Positions 1 through 9,284 are shown, counted from the first letter of the stretch. The stretch is DNA of 36,882 nucleotides from an uncultured Syntrophomonadaceae bacterium (GCA_964456945.1 CAYWDA010000007.1:1-36882), one strand, 5' to 3'. A program made the numbers and translations. The notes: generated by a model not told the origin, from the letters alone.

Positions 1-25
1 AAATATTTTAATTTTTCTCCCTGAT

Positions 26-54
26 GAGGCAGCGTAGCCGCTGTCTCTTTTTTT
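26..54 (+). terminator. Rho-independent terminator immediately upstream of trkA
   Basis: A 9-bp stem pairs GAGGCAGCG (26-34) with CGCTGTCTC (39-47), including one G-U pair, around loop TAGC. It is followed by seven T (48-54). The trkA ATG lies only 25 nt downstream. Confidence 0.7.
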
Positions 55-78
55 AGCTGAAAGGAAGGGTTTTCATAA

Positions 79-1485
79 ATGCATATCATTGTTGTTGGCG
101 GTGGAGGGGTTGGTTACGAACTGGCCCGCAACCTTTCGGAAAAACAGCAGGATGTTGTCGTAATCGAAAAAAACGAGGTTAAAGCCAGGCGGTTTACTGA
201 ATCGCTTGATGTTATGGTTATTGAGGGAGATGGCGCTAATGCCGCTGTTCTTGAACAGGCAAACATTAAAGCGGCGAATATGCTGATTGCTGTAACCCAG
301 GTAGATGAAGTAAATATTATCGCCTGTATGGTGGCTAAGCAGTATGATGTGCCGATCACAGTTTGCCGCATTCGTAATTCCGGGTTTGCTGACGACACAT
401 CAGTGCTTACTCCGAAGCAGTTGGGCATTGATATCGTCATAAACCCTGAGCGGGTTGCCGCTATCGAAATCTCAAAAATGCTTCATTTTCCCGACGCCAG
501 CGAAGTGGAATATTTTAACAATGGTAAAGTTATGATGCTTGGAGTTATTGTTGGCGCTGAAGCCGATATTACCGGTGTTCCGCTGAACAAACTTCCGCTT
601 GGCAACGACAGTATTATTGTTGGTATCAGCGCCCCTGACGGTAAATTTATTATTCCCGGTGGTAATGATGTTGTTAATCCGGGCGATAAAATATATTTGC
701 TCGGCAGCAGCCGCACCCTAAAAGACATCAGTTCGCTTTTACACCATGAAAAAACCAGGATTAGCCAGGTTACAATTTTTGGTGGTGGTATGATTGGCTA
801 CCAGTTGGCTCTTCTGCTCGAAGAGAGTAAACAGCATTTTGATGTTAAATTGATTGAACAAAACGAAGAACGCTGTGAACATTTGTCCCGCCATCTTGGC
901 CGAACTCTGGTCCTGCAGGGCGATGCCACCGAGATAGCCATGCTTAAAGAAGAGGATACCGATAGGGCTGATGCAATAATTGCCGCTACAGGAGATGATC
1001 GCAGCAATATTGTTGCTGCTTTACTTGCCCGCCAGTTCGGGGTAAAAAAATTAATCTGCAAGGTAATGAAGCCCCAATATGTTCCGGTATACAATGCCCT
1101 TGGTATTGACAGCCTGATCAACCCGCGCTTGATAGCGGCTGCCCAGATTATCAGGTTGACCCGGCGTGAGGATGTAGTTGCCCTCTCAATTCTGCAGGGT
1201 GAAAAAGCGGAAGTAGTCGAAATAATCCTGCCTGAATCTGCCAAGGTTGCCAACAAAAAGGTTTCTGAAGCAGGGTTCCCCAGGGGAATGCTGATCGGCT
1301 CAATAGTTCGTAACGGCCAAGTTATCATACCCGGTGGAAATACATATCTGCTGCCCGATGATCACCTTGTTATTTTTGCCATTCCCAGGGTTAGCGCAAT
1401 AATGGATCGTTTTTTTACACCGGATGCTGATACCGAAGACAGAGAGTATATCCGCAGCAAGCTGATCCATTCCGAAGAGGCTTAA
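79..1485 (+). CDS. trkA: Trk-type potassium uptake protein TrkA (two tandem RCK/NAD-binding domains)
   Basis: The N-terminus reads MHIIVVGGGGVGYELARNL, a Rossmann GxGxxG. A second copy (IFGGGMIGYQLA) occurs mid-protein. The length is 468 aa, the SD AAGGAAGGG lies upstream, and a TrkH gene follows. Confidence 0.93.
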   Translation: MHIIVVGGGGVGYELARNLSEKQQDVVVIEKNEVKARRFTESLDVMVIEGDGANAAVLEQANIKAANMLIAVTQVDEVNIIACMVAKQYDVPITVCRIRNSGFADDTSVLTPKQLGIDIVINPERVAAIEISKMLHFPDASEVEYFNNGKVMMLGVIVGAEADITGVPLNKLPLGNDSIIVGISAPDGKFIIPGGNDVVNPGDKIYLLGSSRTLKDISSLLHHEKTRISQVTIFGGGMIGYQLALLLEESKQHFDVKLIEQNEERCEHLSRHLGRTLVLQGDATEIAMLKEEDTDRADAIIAATGDDRSNIVAALLARQFGVKKLICKVMKPQYVPVYNALGIDSLINPRLIAAAQIIRLTRREDVVALSILQGEKAEVVEIILPESAKVANKKVSEAGFPRGMLIGSIVRNGQVIIPGGNTYLLPDDHLVIFAIPRVSAIMDRFFTPDADTEDREYIRSKLIHSEEA

Positions 1486-1538
1486 GCACCCTTCATTTAA
1501 AATGATGGAACAAGGATAAACAGCAGGGGGGCTCACTT

Positions 1539-3014
1539 TTGCGCCGGTTTCGATTGTTCTACCTGGTCGGGATAATGTTGATCTTTCTGGCTCTGGCCAT
1601 GCTTATTTCATCCTTCTGGTCAATTGCCGGGCAAAGCCCTGAACGGATTGCTTTTCTGAAGGCAGTTTTTCTGACCGCTGCCAGCGGGCTGGCTCTCTAC
1701 TGGTTGTTTCGCAGCTATCGTACTAAAGAACTGAGCATTGTTGAAAGCTTTACCCTGGTTGCTGTGGCCTGGTTTATGGCCGGCATCTTCGGCGCTCTGC
1801 CCTTTCATTTTTATGGAGTTTTCAGTGGAACTTTTATCGATGCTTTTTTCGAAGCGGTTTCCGGTTTTACAACCACAGGAGCAACCCTTATCGTCGATAT
1901 TGAAGGTCTGCCCCGCAGTTTGCTCTTCTGGAGAGCTCTTACGCAATGGTTGGGCGGTATGGGTATTATTGTGCTATTCCTGGCGATATTGCCAAAATTT
2001 GGCTTTCGAAGTATGACTATGTTTAAAGCGGAACTACCCGGTCCGGTTGCCGAACGGGTTGTGCCAAGGGTTGTTGAAACTGCTCGCCGTCTCTGGATTA
2101 TCTATGCCGGTTTAACCCTGGCCCAGATGCTTTTATTAATGGCCTGTGGCCTCAGTTTTTATGATTCGCTTACTCATGCCTTTACTACCATGCCTACCGG
2201 TGGTTTTTCGAACTACAATGCCAGCGTGGCTGCCTTTAATAATCCACTGGCTGAATTGGTAATTATCATTTTTATGCTCTTAGCCGGGATTAACTTTGTC
2301 CTTTTCTTCCGTTTGTTTCGTGGAGACTACAGGGTTATTAAAAATCCCGAGCTGCGCTTTTATCTTACGCTAATTTTAGCCGGAATTGGTCTGGTTTCAA
2401 TCAATATCTACGATACCTTAGGTGGCGATCTGCTGCTCACCCTGCGTCAAAGCGCCTTTCAGGTCGTGTCAATAATAACTACTACCGGATATGCTACTGC
2501 AAATTTTGATGCCTGGCCTGGTTTTTCCCGTGCCCTGCTTCTTTTTATGATGTTTATCGGCGCCTGCGGTGGTTCAACTGGTGGTGCAATGAAACAGGTA
2601 CGCTTGATGCTTATGCTTAAATACTCTTTTCGCGAGCTCTACCGCCTGGTGCACCCTTCGGCAATTTCGACGGTAAAACTGGGCGATAGCTATGTTAACG
2701 AAGAGGTTTTACGGTCAATATTGGGTTTTGGTATTTTATATATTTTCCTGACAGTAATCGCTACTCTCTGTCTTGCCTTTATGGGTCTTGATTTCGAAAC
2801 CGCTTTTTCTGCAGTTGCAGCAACTATCGGTAACGTTGGTCCCGGTTTGGCGGCGGTTGGCCCCATCCATACCTACCAGGTTATTCCTCCTGTTGGCAAA
2901 GTGCTTTTAACTGTAATGATGATTGTTGGCCGGCTTGAAGTATATACTGTGTTGGTCATCTTATTACCTGAATCCAGAAGAATCTGGATGAGGGCAGTGA
3001 GGGAGAGAGCCTGA
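1539..3014 (+). CDS. trkH: Trk-type potassium transporter membrane subunit TrkH
   Basis: This 491-aa polytopic membrane protein carries repeated selectivity-filter-like TTTG/TGGFS motifs (GFTTTGAT, MPTGGFS, ITTTGYAT, GGSTGG). It starts at TTG with SD AGGGGGG 7 nt upstream and lies directly after trkA. Confidence 0.9.
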   Translation: MRRFRLFYLVGIMLIFLALAMLISSFWSIAGQSPERIAFLKAVFLTAASGLALYWLFRSYRTKELSIVESFTLVAVAWFMAGIFGALPFHFYGVFSGTFIDAFFEAVSGFTTTGATLIVDIEGLPRSLLFWRALTQWLGGMGIIVLFLAILPKFGFRSMTMFKAELPGPVAERVVPRVVETARRLWIIYAGLTLAQMLLLMACGLSFYDSLTHAFTTMPTGGFSNYNASVAAFNNPLAELVIIIFMLLAGINFVLFFRLFRGDYRVIKNPELRFYLTLILAGIGLVSINIYDTLGGDLLLTLRQSAFQVVSIITTTGYATANFDAWPGFSRALLLFMMFIGACGGSTGGAMKQVRLMLMLKYSFRELYRLVHPSAISTVKLGDSYVNEEVLRSILGFGILYIFLTVIATLCLAFMGLDFETAFSAVAATIGNVGPGLAAVGPIHTYQVIPPVGKVLLTVMMIVGRLEVYTVLVILLPESRRIWMRAVRERA

Positions 3015-3016
3015 CA

Positions 3017-4111
3017 TTGATCAATTACCATACTGCGTCAAAGCAGATTCAAGAAAAATCTTTCTTCCCTGTCTATCTCTTATACGGTGAAGAAAAATAC
3101 CTGCAGGAAGAATTGATCAGGCAGCTAACCATCTCATTTCTCGGCGCTGACGCCGATTTTGGCCTGGAAAAGATAGATGGTGGCAGTCAGTCTCTTGAGC
3201 AGATCGTGGCAATTCTTGGAGAATCGGGCCTCTTTACTAAAAGGCGTCTGCTGGTTGTTGACAACCCGCCTTACCTGAGGCCGCCGCGTAAAACTGAAGA
3301 AGCTGAAAATAGCGAAGTGGGTGAAGATAAAGGCCCTCGCGAAGAACCGCATGCAGATATTCTGAGCAGTTATCTCGAACAGCATGCTGCAGAGAGCGTT
3401 GAAAGTGTTCTTATTTTTTTAGCACCGAAGGTTGATCGTCGCAAAAGGCTCTATAAACTGATCGATAAACTGGGCGTCAGTGTGGAGTGTGATCTTTTGA
3501 AAGGTGATGCACTTTCGTCCTGGGTAAGGGAAAAGGCAAAAAGCCTTGGAAAAAAAATTGACCGGACTGCTATAGAGCGACTGCTGCTCGCTGGTGAACA
3601 AAACCTGCATTATCTTTCTGCAGAATTAGAAAAATATAGTACCTATTTAGCTCAGGATGAACAGGTTATTACTGCAAAAATAGTTGACACCCTTTTTTCC
3701 GGTGATGTGCAGGGCAACATATTTAAGCTGACTGACGCATTATCTGAAGGAGACCTGGCGGGAGCGCAGGATTTACTTTCTTTGCTGCTGAAAAAACGTG
3801 AAAAGCCTCTGCTGATTCTTTTCATGCTGGTTCGCCATTACCGCTTATTGCTGCAGGCATTTTGCCTGCATGATGAGGGGATGCCGCAAAAAGAGTTTAA
3901 CGAGGCACTTGGGGTTCACCCTTTTGTCGCCCGCAAGCTTAGGGATCAGGCCGCTTTACTGAGCCGGCATATTCTGGAGGAAGCCCTGCTCACCCTGCAG
4001 GACGCGGATCGGCAAATTAAGACCGGATTGATCGAACCTGCCCAGGCCCTGGCTCTAATTTTAAATCGGGTTGATTATGTCCAAAAAACTTCTGGTAGTA
4101 ATAATCATTAA
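3017..4111 (+). CDS. holA: DNA polymerase III delta subunit
   Basis: The N-terminal motif PVYLLYGEEKYLQEE is classic for HolA. The length is 364 aa. The position next to a divergent rpsT is typical of Firmicutes. The TTG start lies 2 nt after the trkH stop. Confidence 0.85.
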   Translation: MINYHTASKQIQEKSFFPVYLLYGEEKYLQEELIRQLTISFLGADADFGLEKIDGGSQSLEQIVAILGESGLFTKRRLLVVDNPPYLRPPRKTEEAENSEVGEDKGPREEPHADILSSYLEQHAAESVESVLIFLAPKVDRRKRLYKLIDKLGVSVECDLLKGDALSSWVREKAKSLGKKIDRTAIERLLLAGEQNLHYLSAELEKYSTYLAQDEQVITAKIVDTLFSGDVQGNIFKLTDALSEGDLAGAQDLLSLLLKKREKPLLILFMLVRHYRLLLQAFCLHDEGMPQKEFNEALGVHPFVARKLRDQAALLSRHILEEALLTLQDADRQIKTGLIEPAQALALILNRVDYVQKTSGSNNH

Positions 4112-4140
4112 CTTTTGGAAAAGAGAGGGGAGCGTTGGTT

Positions 4141-4668
4141 ATGAAAGGCAAATCAGATAGCGAGAGGGAAGAGATTATCAAGGCTGTATACCAGCGGGGC
4201 TTTGAACTCGAGCAGCGCTACTACGGTTGTGCACAATGTGTGGTTGCTTCTATTCAGGACTTTTTCCCGATGAACAGTGCCTTATTTAAGGCGGCTACAT
4301 CATTTTCCGGCGGATTTGCTTCCACCATCGAAGGTCCCTGCGGCGCCCTGACCGGGGGAATCATCGTCCTTAGTAATTTTTTCGGTCGTTCGAGAGAAGA
4401 TTATGCCAATATCGGCTTGCTGCGCCGCCCGGGGCCACTGGTTCGGGTTTACTGGGATCGTTTTATTAAAACTTATGGCGGTGACACCTGCCGGCAGGTT
4501 CAGAATCATCTTTTCGGTAAAGCATATCATTTTCTGGATAATGATGAGTACTGCGAGTATGAAGAGTTAGGCGGACATCGTGATAAGTGTCCGGCAGTCG
4601 TTGGGCAGGCTGGAGCCTGGCTTGCTGAGTTACTGCTTGATAATAATATTCCCTGCAAAAAAATATAA
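4141..4668 (+). CDS. C_GCAxxG_C_C family putative redox-active protein
   Basis: YYGCAQCVVAS matches the GCAxxG core, and there are additional Cys residues (GPCGAL, DTCRQV, DKCP). ATG 4141 has SD GGGGAG 8 nt upstream. The ORF-track TTG at 4135 sits too close to the SD. Confidence 0.65.
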   Translation: MKGKSDSEREEIIKAVYQRGFELEQRYYGCAQCVVASIQDFFPMNSALFKAATSFSGGFASTIEGPCGALTGGIIVLSNFFGRSREDYANIGLLRRPGPLVRVYWDRFIKTYGGDTCRQVQNHLFGKAYHFLDNDEYCEYEELGGHRDKCPAVVGQAGAWLAELLLDNNIPCKKI

Positions 4669-4687
4669 CTGGTTCAAAAAGGAGAAA

Positions 4688-5815
4688 TTGCGCCTGGTGA
4701 AAAGGCTTCTGGCCATAGTCTTACTGCTTTGTGTCCTGCTGATCATAGCAGTGACTACTTTTTGGGTTGGCCCGGGAGTTTATAGCAACGCTCTATCTCC
4801 CTATGGCACAACAACAGAAAACCAGCAATCCGGTGAAGCATCCGGTTTGTTCTGGTTGCTGGAGCATTTTACTGACAGCAATAGCTTGTCTGCAGAGACT
4901 TCGGTTGCCGATTCAGCAGTCACAGAACTGGCCATATCACTGACTGAAAATCTAAACAGCGACTACGAAAAAATGTCCGCAATCTACGATTGGGTTACAG
5001 AAAATATTGCCTACGATCTCGATAAAGCTAAGGACGTAACTGCTTATGGTTCCGGTGCAAAATATCTTTTAGAAAACAATCGCGGTGTTTGTCATGATTA
5101 TGCCGAACTGACCTTAGAGCTTCTTAAAGCAGTCGGTATCGAAGCAAGCTATGTAAAGGGAGAAGTAACTGTATCCTCTGGAAAAACCGAACTGCACGCC
5201 TGGAATAATGTTATTATTGGCGAGCAGCACTATGCCCTTGATACTACGTGGGGCGCAGGTTTTATTTTGAAAGATGGTTCAGGATTTCTGCAGAAACCGC
5301 GTCGTCTATACCTCACTACTCCGGAAGAACTGGCCTTACTGCACAGCGATCCTGATTACAAACAGTTAAGGGAACAGGAGTATTCTCGCTTAACTTCTGC
5401 GGCAGAGCCGGTTGTACACATTCCGGCTGAAGAAGCCTTATTACTGCAGATCATTAATGAAGATCGCTGGAATATAAATTTACCTCCCTTCTCTTCAGAA
5501 ATAAGACTCGACGACCTGGCTCGCAGCCATGCGGTCCGTCTGGCTGAAGAGGTTTGCGCCGGTGAGGAATTTTCCCTTGACCCTTTAAGCAGTGAGTTAA
5601 ATCGTCGGGCCGGTGATATGAATATTAAGTCTGCTGCTATTTATGGTCTTATTTACTGGTTTAACCAACCGTTTGCCAATGAAGAGCTTATCGGGAAAAT
5701 AAGAGCCGAACAGGCTGAAAATATTAGCAGTGAAAAGTGGGAATCGATCGTTGTCAGCATTGTAAGCAAAGGTGAATTGATTGTTATAGTAAACATCTAC
5801 CTGGAATACTTCTAG
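4688..5815 (+). CDS. Membrane-anchored transglutaminase-like cysteine protease domain fused to a C-terminal CAP/SCP (YkwD-like) domain
   Basis: There is an N-terminal TM helix (LLAIVLLLCVLLIIAVTTFW). The transglutaminase core shows a Cys-His-Asp pattern (GVCHDYAEL ... ELHAWNNV ... LDTTWG). The C-terminal stretch DDLARSHAVRLAEE looks CAP-like. The start is placed at TTG 4688 (GTG 4697 is an alternative) after SD AAAGGAG. The ORF-track start at 4580 would overlap the previous gene by 89 nt. Confidence 0.6.
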   Translation: MRLVKRLLAIVLLLCVLLIIAVTTFWVGPGVYSNALSPYGTTTENQQSGEASGLFWLLEHFTDSNSLSAETSVADSAVTELAISLTENLNSDYEKMSAIYDWVTENIAYDLDKAKDVTAYGSGAKYLLENNRGVCHDYAELTLELLKAVGIEASYVKGEVTVSSGKTELHAWNNVIIGEQHYALDTTWGAGFILKDGSGFLQKPRRLYLTTPEELALLHSDPDYKQLREQEYSRLTSAAEPVVHIPAEEALLLQIINEDRWNINLPPFSSEIRLDDLARSHAVRLAEEVCAGEEFSLDPLSSELNRRAGDMNIKSAAIYGLIYWFNQPFANEELIGKIRAEQAENISSEKWESIVVSIVSKGELIVIVNIYLEYF

Positions 5816-5819
5816 CTTG

Positions 5820-5865
5820 AAAAAAACAAACCGACCTTTTAGCCATGTCAATGGGTAAAGGTCGG
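5820..5865 (-). terminator. Intrinsic terminator of rpsT (hairpin shared with the convergent plus-strand gene)
   Basis: The stem pairs CCGACCTTT (5831-5839) with AAAGGTCGG (5857-5865), with inner pairing CCAT/ATGG. On the minus strand it is followed by TTTGTTTTTTT (plus-strand A-run 5820-5830). The plus-strand tail is poor in T. Confidence 0.75.
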
Positions 5866-5916
5866 ATCTTGGGTTACTGGTAAAGTAAACTTATTCAGAA
5901 TGGCTGTTTTTAGGAT

Positions 5917-6186
5917 TTAAACTGCTGCACTTTTACTGTACATCCGGCTCAAGCGCGATTTTTTACGGGCTGCGGTATTCTTATGCAAAATCCCTTTTGC
6001 CATTGCTTTATCAATCTGACGGACAGCCACATTCAGTTTTGTCTTGGCATCTTCATGGTCTCCGCCTGTTAAAGTCTCTTCAAAGCGACGGATTGATGTT
6101 TTTAACATGCTTTTAATCCGCCGGTTGCGGCTTTCACGCTTAATGTTTTGTCTGACTCTTTTTTCAGCCGATTTAATGTTAGGCAT
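5917..6186 (-). CDS. rpsT: 30S ribosomal protein S20
   Basis: The protein reads MPNIKSAEKRVRQNIKRESRNRRIKS... The ATG at 6186-6184 is preceded by SD GAGAGGAGG. The ORF-track N-terminal extension to 6285 has no SD and is not S20-like. Confidence 0.93.
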   Translation of the reverse strand: MPNIKSAEKRVRQNIKRESRNRRIKSMLKTSIRRFEETLTGGDHEDAKTKLNVAVRQIDKAMAKGILHKNTAARKKSRLSRMYSKSAAV

Positions 6187-6223
6187 AATCACTAACCTCC
6201 TCTCTATCCTGTAGGGCACTAAA

Positions 6224-6252
6224 ATATTACCATCCGGACTGATAAAATGCAA
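6224..6252 (-). promoter_or_regulatory. Sigma-A-type promoter of rpsT
   Basis: On the minus strand, TTGCAT (6252-6247) is separated by 17 nt from TAATAT (6229-6224), about 38 nt upstream of the rpsT ATG. Confidence 0.55.
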
Positions 6253-6381
6253 GCATTTGTTAGATTTATGATCATTTATGACCATATTAAATCAAAAGAA
6301 GCTATTTATCCTTCCTGATAACAGGAAGGAGTAAACCGAGTCGATACCGAAGTATTGAGAGTAAGGTATGCTCAAAGAAAG

Positions 6382-7980
6382 GTGGTTAATCCCCTGAAGA
6401 TATTAAGTAGTGCTGCTATGCGTGAGGTAGATCGGCGTACCATTGAAGAGTTTGGAGTACCTGGAGCCGTTTTAATGGAATCGGCCGGAATGAGAATAGC
6501 CGAATTTATTTTCTCTCGGTTCCCGAAAGAGTCAAGAATTGTTGTTTTAACCGGACCCGGCAACAACGGCGGTGATGGTCTGGTTGCTGCCAGGCTGCTG
6601 GCGCAGGTTGGTTACCAGGTCTCTCTCTGGAGCACAGTTAAGTCCGGAGGTTACAAAGGCGATGCCGCTCTTAATGATAAATACCTGCTCAAGACAAATT
6701 TCCCATACCGGCGCCTTTCACAATCTGCTGATATTGAGCAGTTCGGTCATGATTTAAACTCTGCCGATCTGCTTGTTGATGCCCTGCTGGGCATTGGAAC
6801 TGATCGGGATGTAGAAGGTTTACTGGCTGAGTTGATTGCGGCCATCAATAGTAACAGTGTTCCCGTGCTGGCGGTTGATATTCCTTCCGGGATCAATGCT
6901 GATAGTGGAAATATTATGGGTTGCGCGATTAAAGCTGACTGGACAGTTACCTTTGCAGCGCCAAAGACAGGTCTTATGGTTTACCCGGGAGCCGGAATGG
7001 CTGGTGAGGTAGTGATTGGCGCTATTAACATTCCCACTGCGCTCTTCGAGGATGAGCCATTTGAGATCGTCAATGCTTACTATGTAAATAAAGAGCTTCC
7101 GCTAAGGCCTATTGATGCTCACAAAGGCAGTGTGGGTCGTGTGCTTATTGTTGCCGGTTCTCCCGGTATGAGCGGCGCTGCCGCCCTGGCTGCCGAATCG
7201 GCTTTAAAAGGAGGAGCCGGGTTGGTTTACCTGGCCGCGCCGGCCAGCGCCTGTGCCGCACTGGAGGCGAAACTGACAGAAGTAATCACGATAGCTCTCC
7301 CTGAAATAAGCCCTGGTATTATTGATCTTTCTGCATCTGACATTATCATTGAAAAAGCCCGCTCGTGCGATGTTTTGGCTGTCGGGCCGGGATTGGATAC
7401 CGGTGAGGCAACTTCGGAATTGCTTAACAAGCTGGTTCAGTTAAGTCCGGTGCCGATGGTTTTCGACGCTGGAGCTCTTGTTGCCCTGCGTCAGACTATG
7501 AGTATGCTGCGTTCTGCAAGACATATTCCGGTCGTCACACCTCACCCTGGAGAAATGGCCCGTCTGGTTGGTAAGTCAACCGGCCAGGTGCAAAGCAGCC
7601 GTCTTGAAACAGTAATCAAATATGCCAACCTCTGGAACTGTATCGTCATGCTAAAGGGCCCGAATACGATTATTGCCACACCCGATGGCCGGGCGGCCAT
7701 TAACCCAACTGGCTGCACGGCTCTTTCTACCGCCGGTTCGGGCGACCTTTTAACCGGCCTGGTTGCTTCCTTTATAGCCCAGGGAATGACATCGGAAGCC
7801 GGGGCCAGATCCGGGGCGTTTGTCCACGGTCTTGCCGGGGACCTGATTACCCCCGGGAGAGGGCACATGGCCCGCGAAATTTTAGCCCGCTACAAGGAAA
7901 CTTTTCTTTATCTTGCCAAGTGTGATCAGGCAATTGAAGGCTATCCTTTCCTGACCAGGATTCGCCCGGTAAACAACTAA
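6382..7980 (+). CDS. nnr: Bifunctional NAD(P)H-hydrate repair enzyme (epimerase / ADP-dependent dehydratase, YjeF family)
   Basis: The N-terminal YjeF_N part includes GPGNNGGDGLVAARLL. The C-terminal carbohydrate-kinase-like part includes HKGSVGRVLIVAGSPGMSGAAALA and GSGDLLTG. The start is uncertain: the ORF opens at TTG 6355, and GTG 6382 gives the usual short lead before MREVD. Confidence 0.88.
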   Translation: MVNPLKILSSAAMREVDRRTIEEFGVPGAVLMESAGMRIAEFIFSRFPKESRIVVLTGPGNNGGDGLVAARLLAQVGYQVSLWSTVKSGGYKGDAALNDKYLLKTNFPYRRLSQSADIEQFGHDLNSADLLVDALLGIGTDRDVEGLLAELIAAINSNSVPVLAVDIPSGINADSGNIMGCAIKADWTVTFAAPKTGLMVYPGAGMAGEVVIGAINIPTALFEDEPFEIVNAYYVNKELPLRPIDAHKGSVGRVLIVAGSPGMSGAAALAAESALKGGAGLVYLAAPASACAALEAKLTEVITIALPEISPGIIDLSASDIIIEKARSCDVLAVGPGLDTGEATSELLNKLVQLSPVPMVFDAGALVALRQTMSMLRSARHIPVVTPHPGEMARLVGKSTGQVQSSRLETVIKYANLWNCIVMLKGPNTIIATPDGRAAINPTGCTALSTAGSGDLLTGLVASFIAQGMTSEAGARSGAFVHGLAGDLITPGRGHMAREILARYKETFLYLAKCDQAIEGYPFLTRIRPVNN

Positions 7981-8024
7981 GCTGGTGATGAGAGTAATTT
8001 TCGATTTGGTGAGGGGTGAATAAA

Positions 8025-9263
8025 ATGCTCGATTGCCTGATGACAGGTGAAGAAAAAAAACTGCGCGACGAAGTCCGCGCTTTCGTTAAGGAAGATGTGG
8101 ACAAGCAGCTGCTTCGTGATATGGATGAAGATAAAATTCGCTACCCGCGGGAATTTCTAGTAAAAGCGGCAGCCCGTGGTCTGCTGGGGTTGCGCTTTCC
8201 CAGGGATTATGGTGGCCGGGGCTTGCCCTGGGTCTCAGAAATAATAGCTCTTGAAGAAGTTGGCATTCTCGGCACATCGCTGGGTTGTCTTTACTCCCTG
8301 GTCAGTATTGTCGGCGAAGCAATTAATAAGTTCGGCAGCGACCATTTAAAAGAAAAATACCTGCGTCCGACCATCGAGGGCCGCCTGACTGCTGCGGAAG
8401 CCTTAACCGAGCCGCGTGGAGGATCAGATTTTTTCGGTGCAACCTGTTCTGCGAAAAAAGACGGCGATCATTACATTTTAAATGGCCAAAAACGCTTTGT
8501 CGTGGGGGCTGAAGGGGCAGACTACTTTATGGTTTATGCCCGGACTGACCCGGATGGCCCGCCGCATAAATCAATCAGCGCTTTTTTAGTCGACCGCGGG
8601 CCCTCAGTTAAGGTAGAATACCTCTATGGCCTGATGGGCACACGCGGTGGTGGAACCGGCCGTCTGGTGTTTAGCGATGTCCGTGTACCGGCAGAAAATC
8701 TTCTCGGTGAAGAGCATAACGGTTCAGCCATATTTTACCAGATGATGATTCCCGAACGGATGACCAGTGCAGGTGGCGCCGTGGGAATGGGCAGAGCTGC
8801 GCTTGATGTGGCAGCCCGTTACACTACCCGGCGGAAAGCCTTTGGACAGGAGATTAAAAACTTTCAGGCTGTCAGTTTCAAGGTGGCTGACAGCGTAACC
8901 CTGCTTGATACAGCCAGGGGCATGGTTTACCTGGCGGCCCGTTCTGTAGATGCCGCCGACCCGGCAGGCCGGTCGCGAAGACTTGTATCTGAAGCAAAAA
9001 AAGTTGCTACTGAGAATGCCTGGAAAGTAGTTAATAATGCCATGCAGGTGATGGGTGGCATCGGTTATTCCAATGTTTACCCAATAGAGAAATTGCTGCG
9101 TGATGTACGCCTGATCATGATCTGGACTGGAACCAATGAAATCATGGATCTGATTATCCAGCATGAGTATTACAAGGAATTGGCACAGGAAGGCTTCAAG
9201 GGCCGTGATATCGAGCTTGATGCCCTGGAGGCCGACCAGGTTGACGAAAAGATCTATGAGTAA
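8025..9263 (+). CDS. Acyl-CoA dehydrogenase family flavoprotein
   Basis: ACAD hallmarks are present: [22 protein letters not shown], and C-terminal [33 protein letters not shown] 8025 follows SD GGTGAGGGG. The ORF-track GTG 8016 lies inside the SD. Confidence 0.88.
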   Translation: MLDCLMTGEEKKLRDEVRAFVKEDVDKQLLRDMDEDKIRYPREFLVKAAARGLLGLRFPRDYGGRGLPWVSEIIALEEVGILGTSLGCLYSLVSIVGEAINKFGSDHLKEKYLRPTIEGRLTAAEALTEPRGGSDFFGATCSAKKDGDHYILNGQKRFVVGAEGADYFMVYARTDPDGPPHKSISAFLVDRGPSVKVEYLYGLMGTRGGGTGRLVFSDVRVPAENLLGEEHNGSAIFYQMMIPERMTSAGGAVGMGRAALDVAARYTTRRKAFGQEIKNFQAVSFKVADSVTLLDTARGMVYLAARSVDAADPAGRSRRLVSEAKKVATENAWKVVNNAMQVMGGIGYSNVYPIEKLLRDVRLIMIWTGTNEIMDLIIQHEYYKELAQEGFKGRDIELDALEADQVDEKIYE

Positions 9264-9284
9264 AAGGGGGCCCCGTAAAAATTA

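Noticed and set aside
4580-4687. An upstream extension of the transglutaminase-like ORF that overlaps the C_GCAxxG_C_C gene by 89 nt.
   Set aside because: There is no SD at 4580, and AAAGGAG lies just before TTG 4688, after the upstream stop. The signal-anchor helix follows immediately, as expected for a true N-terminus.
6187-6285. A 33-codon N-terminal extension of rpsT in the ORF track (MVINDHKSNK...).
   Set aside because: S20 begins at MPNIKSAEKR, with GGAGG at proper spacing. The extension covers the predicted promoter and is not S20-like.
9266-9274. GGGGGCCCC palindrome between the ACAD gene and hom.
   Set aside because: It is self-complementary with no loop, so it cannot form a hairpin, and it probably just overlaps the SD-like AAGGGGG. 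No functional inference is warranted.
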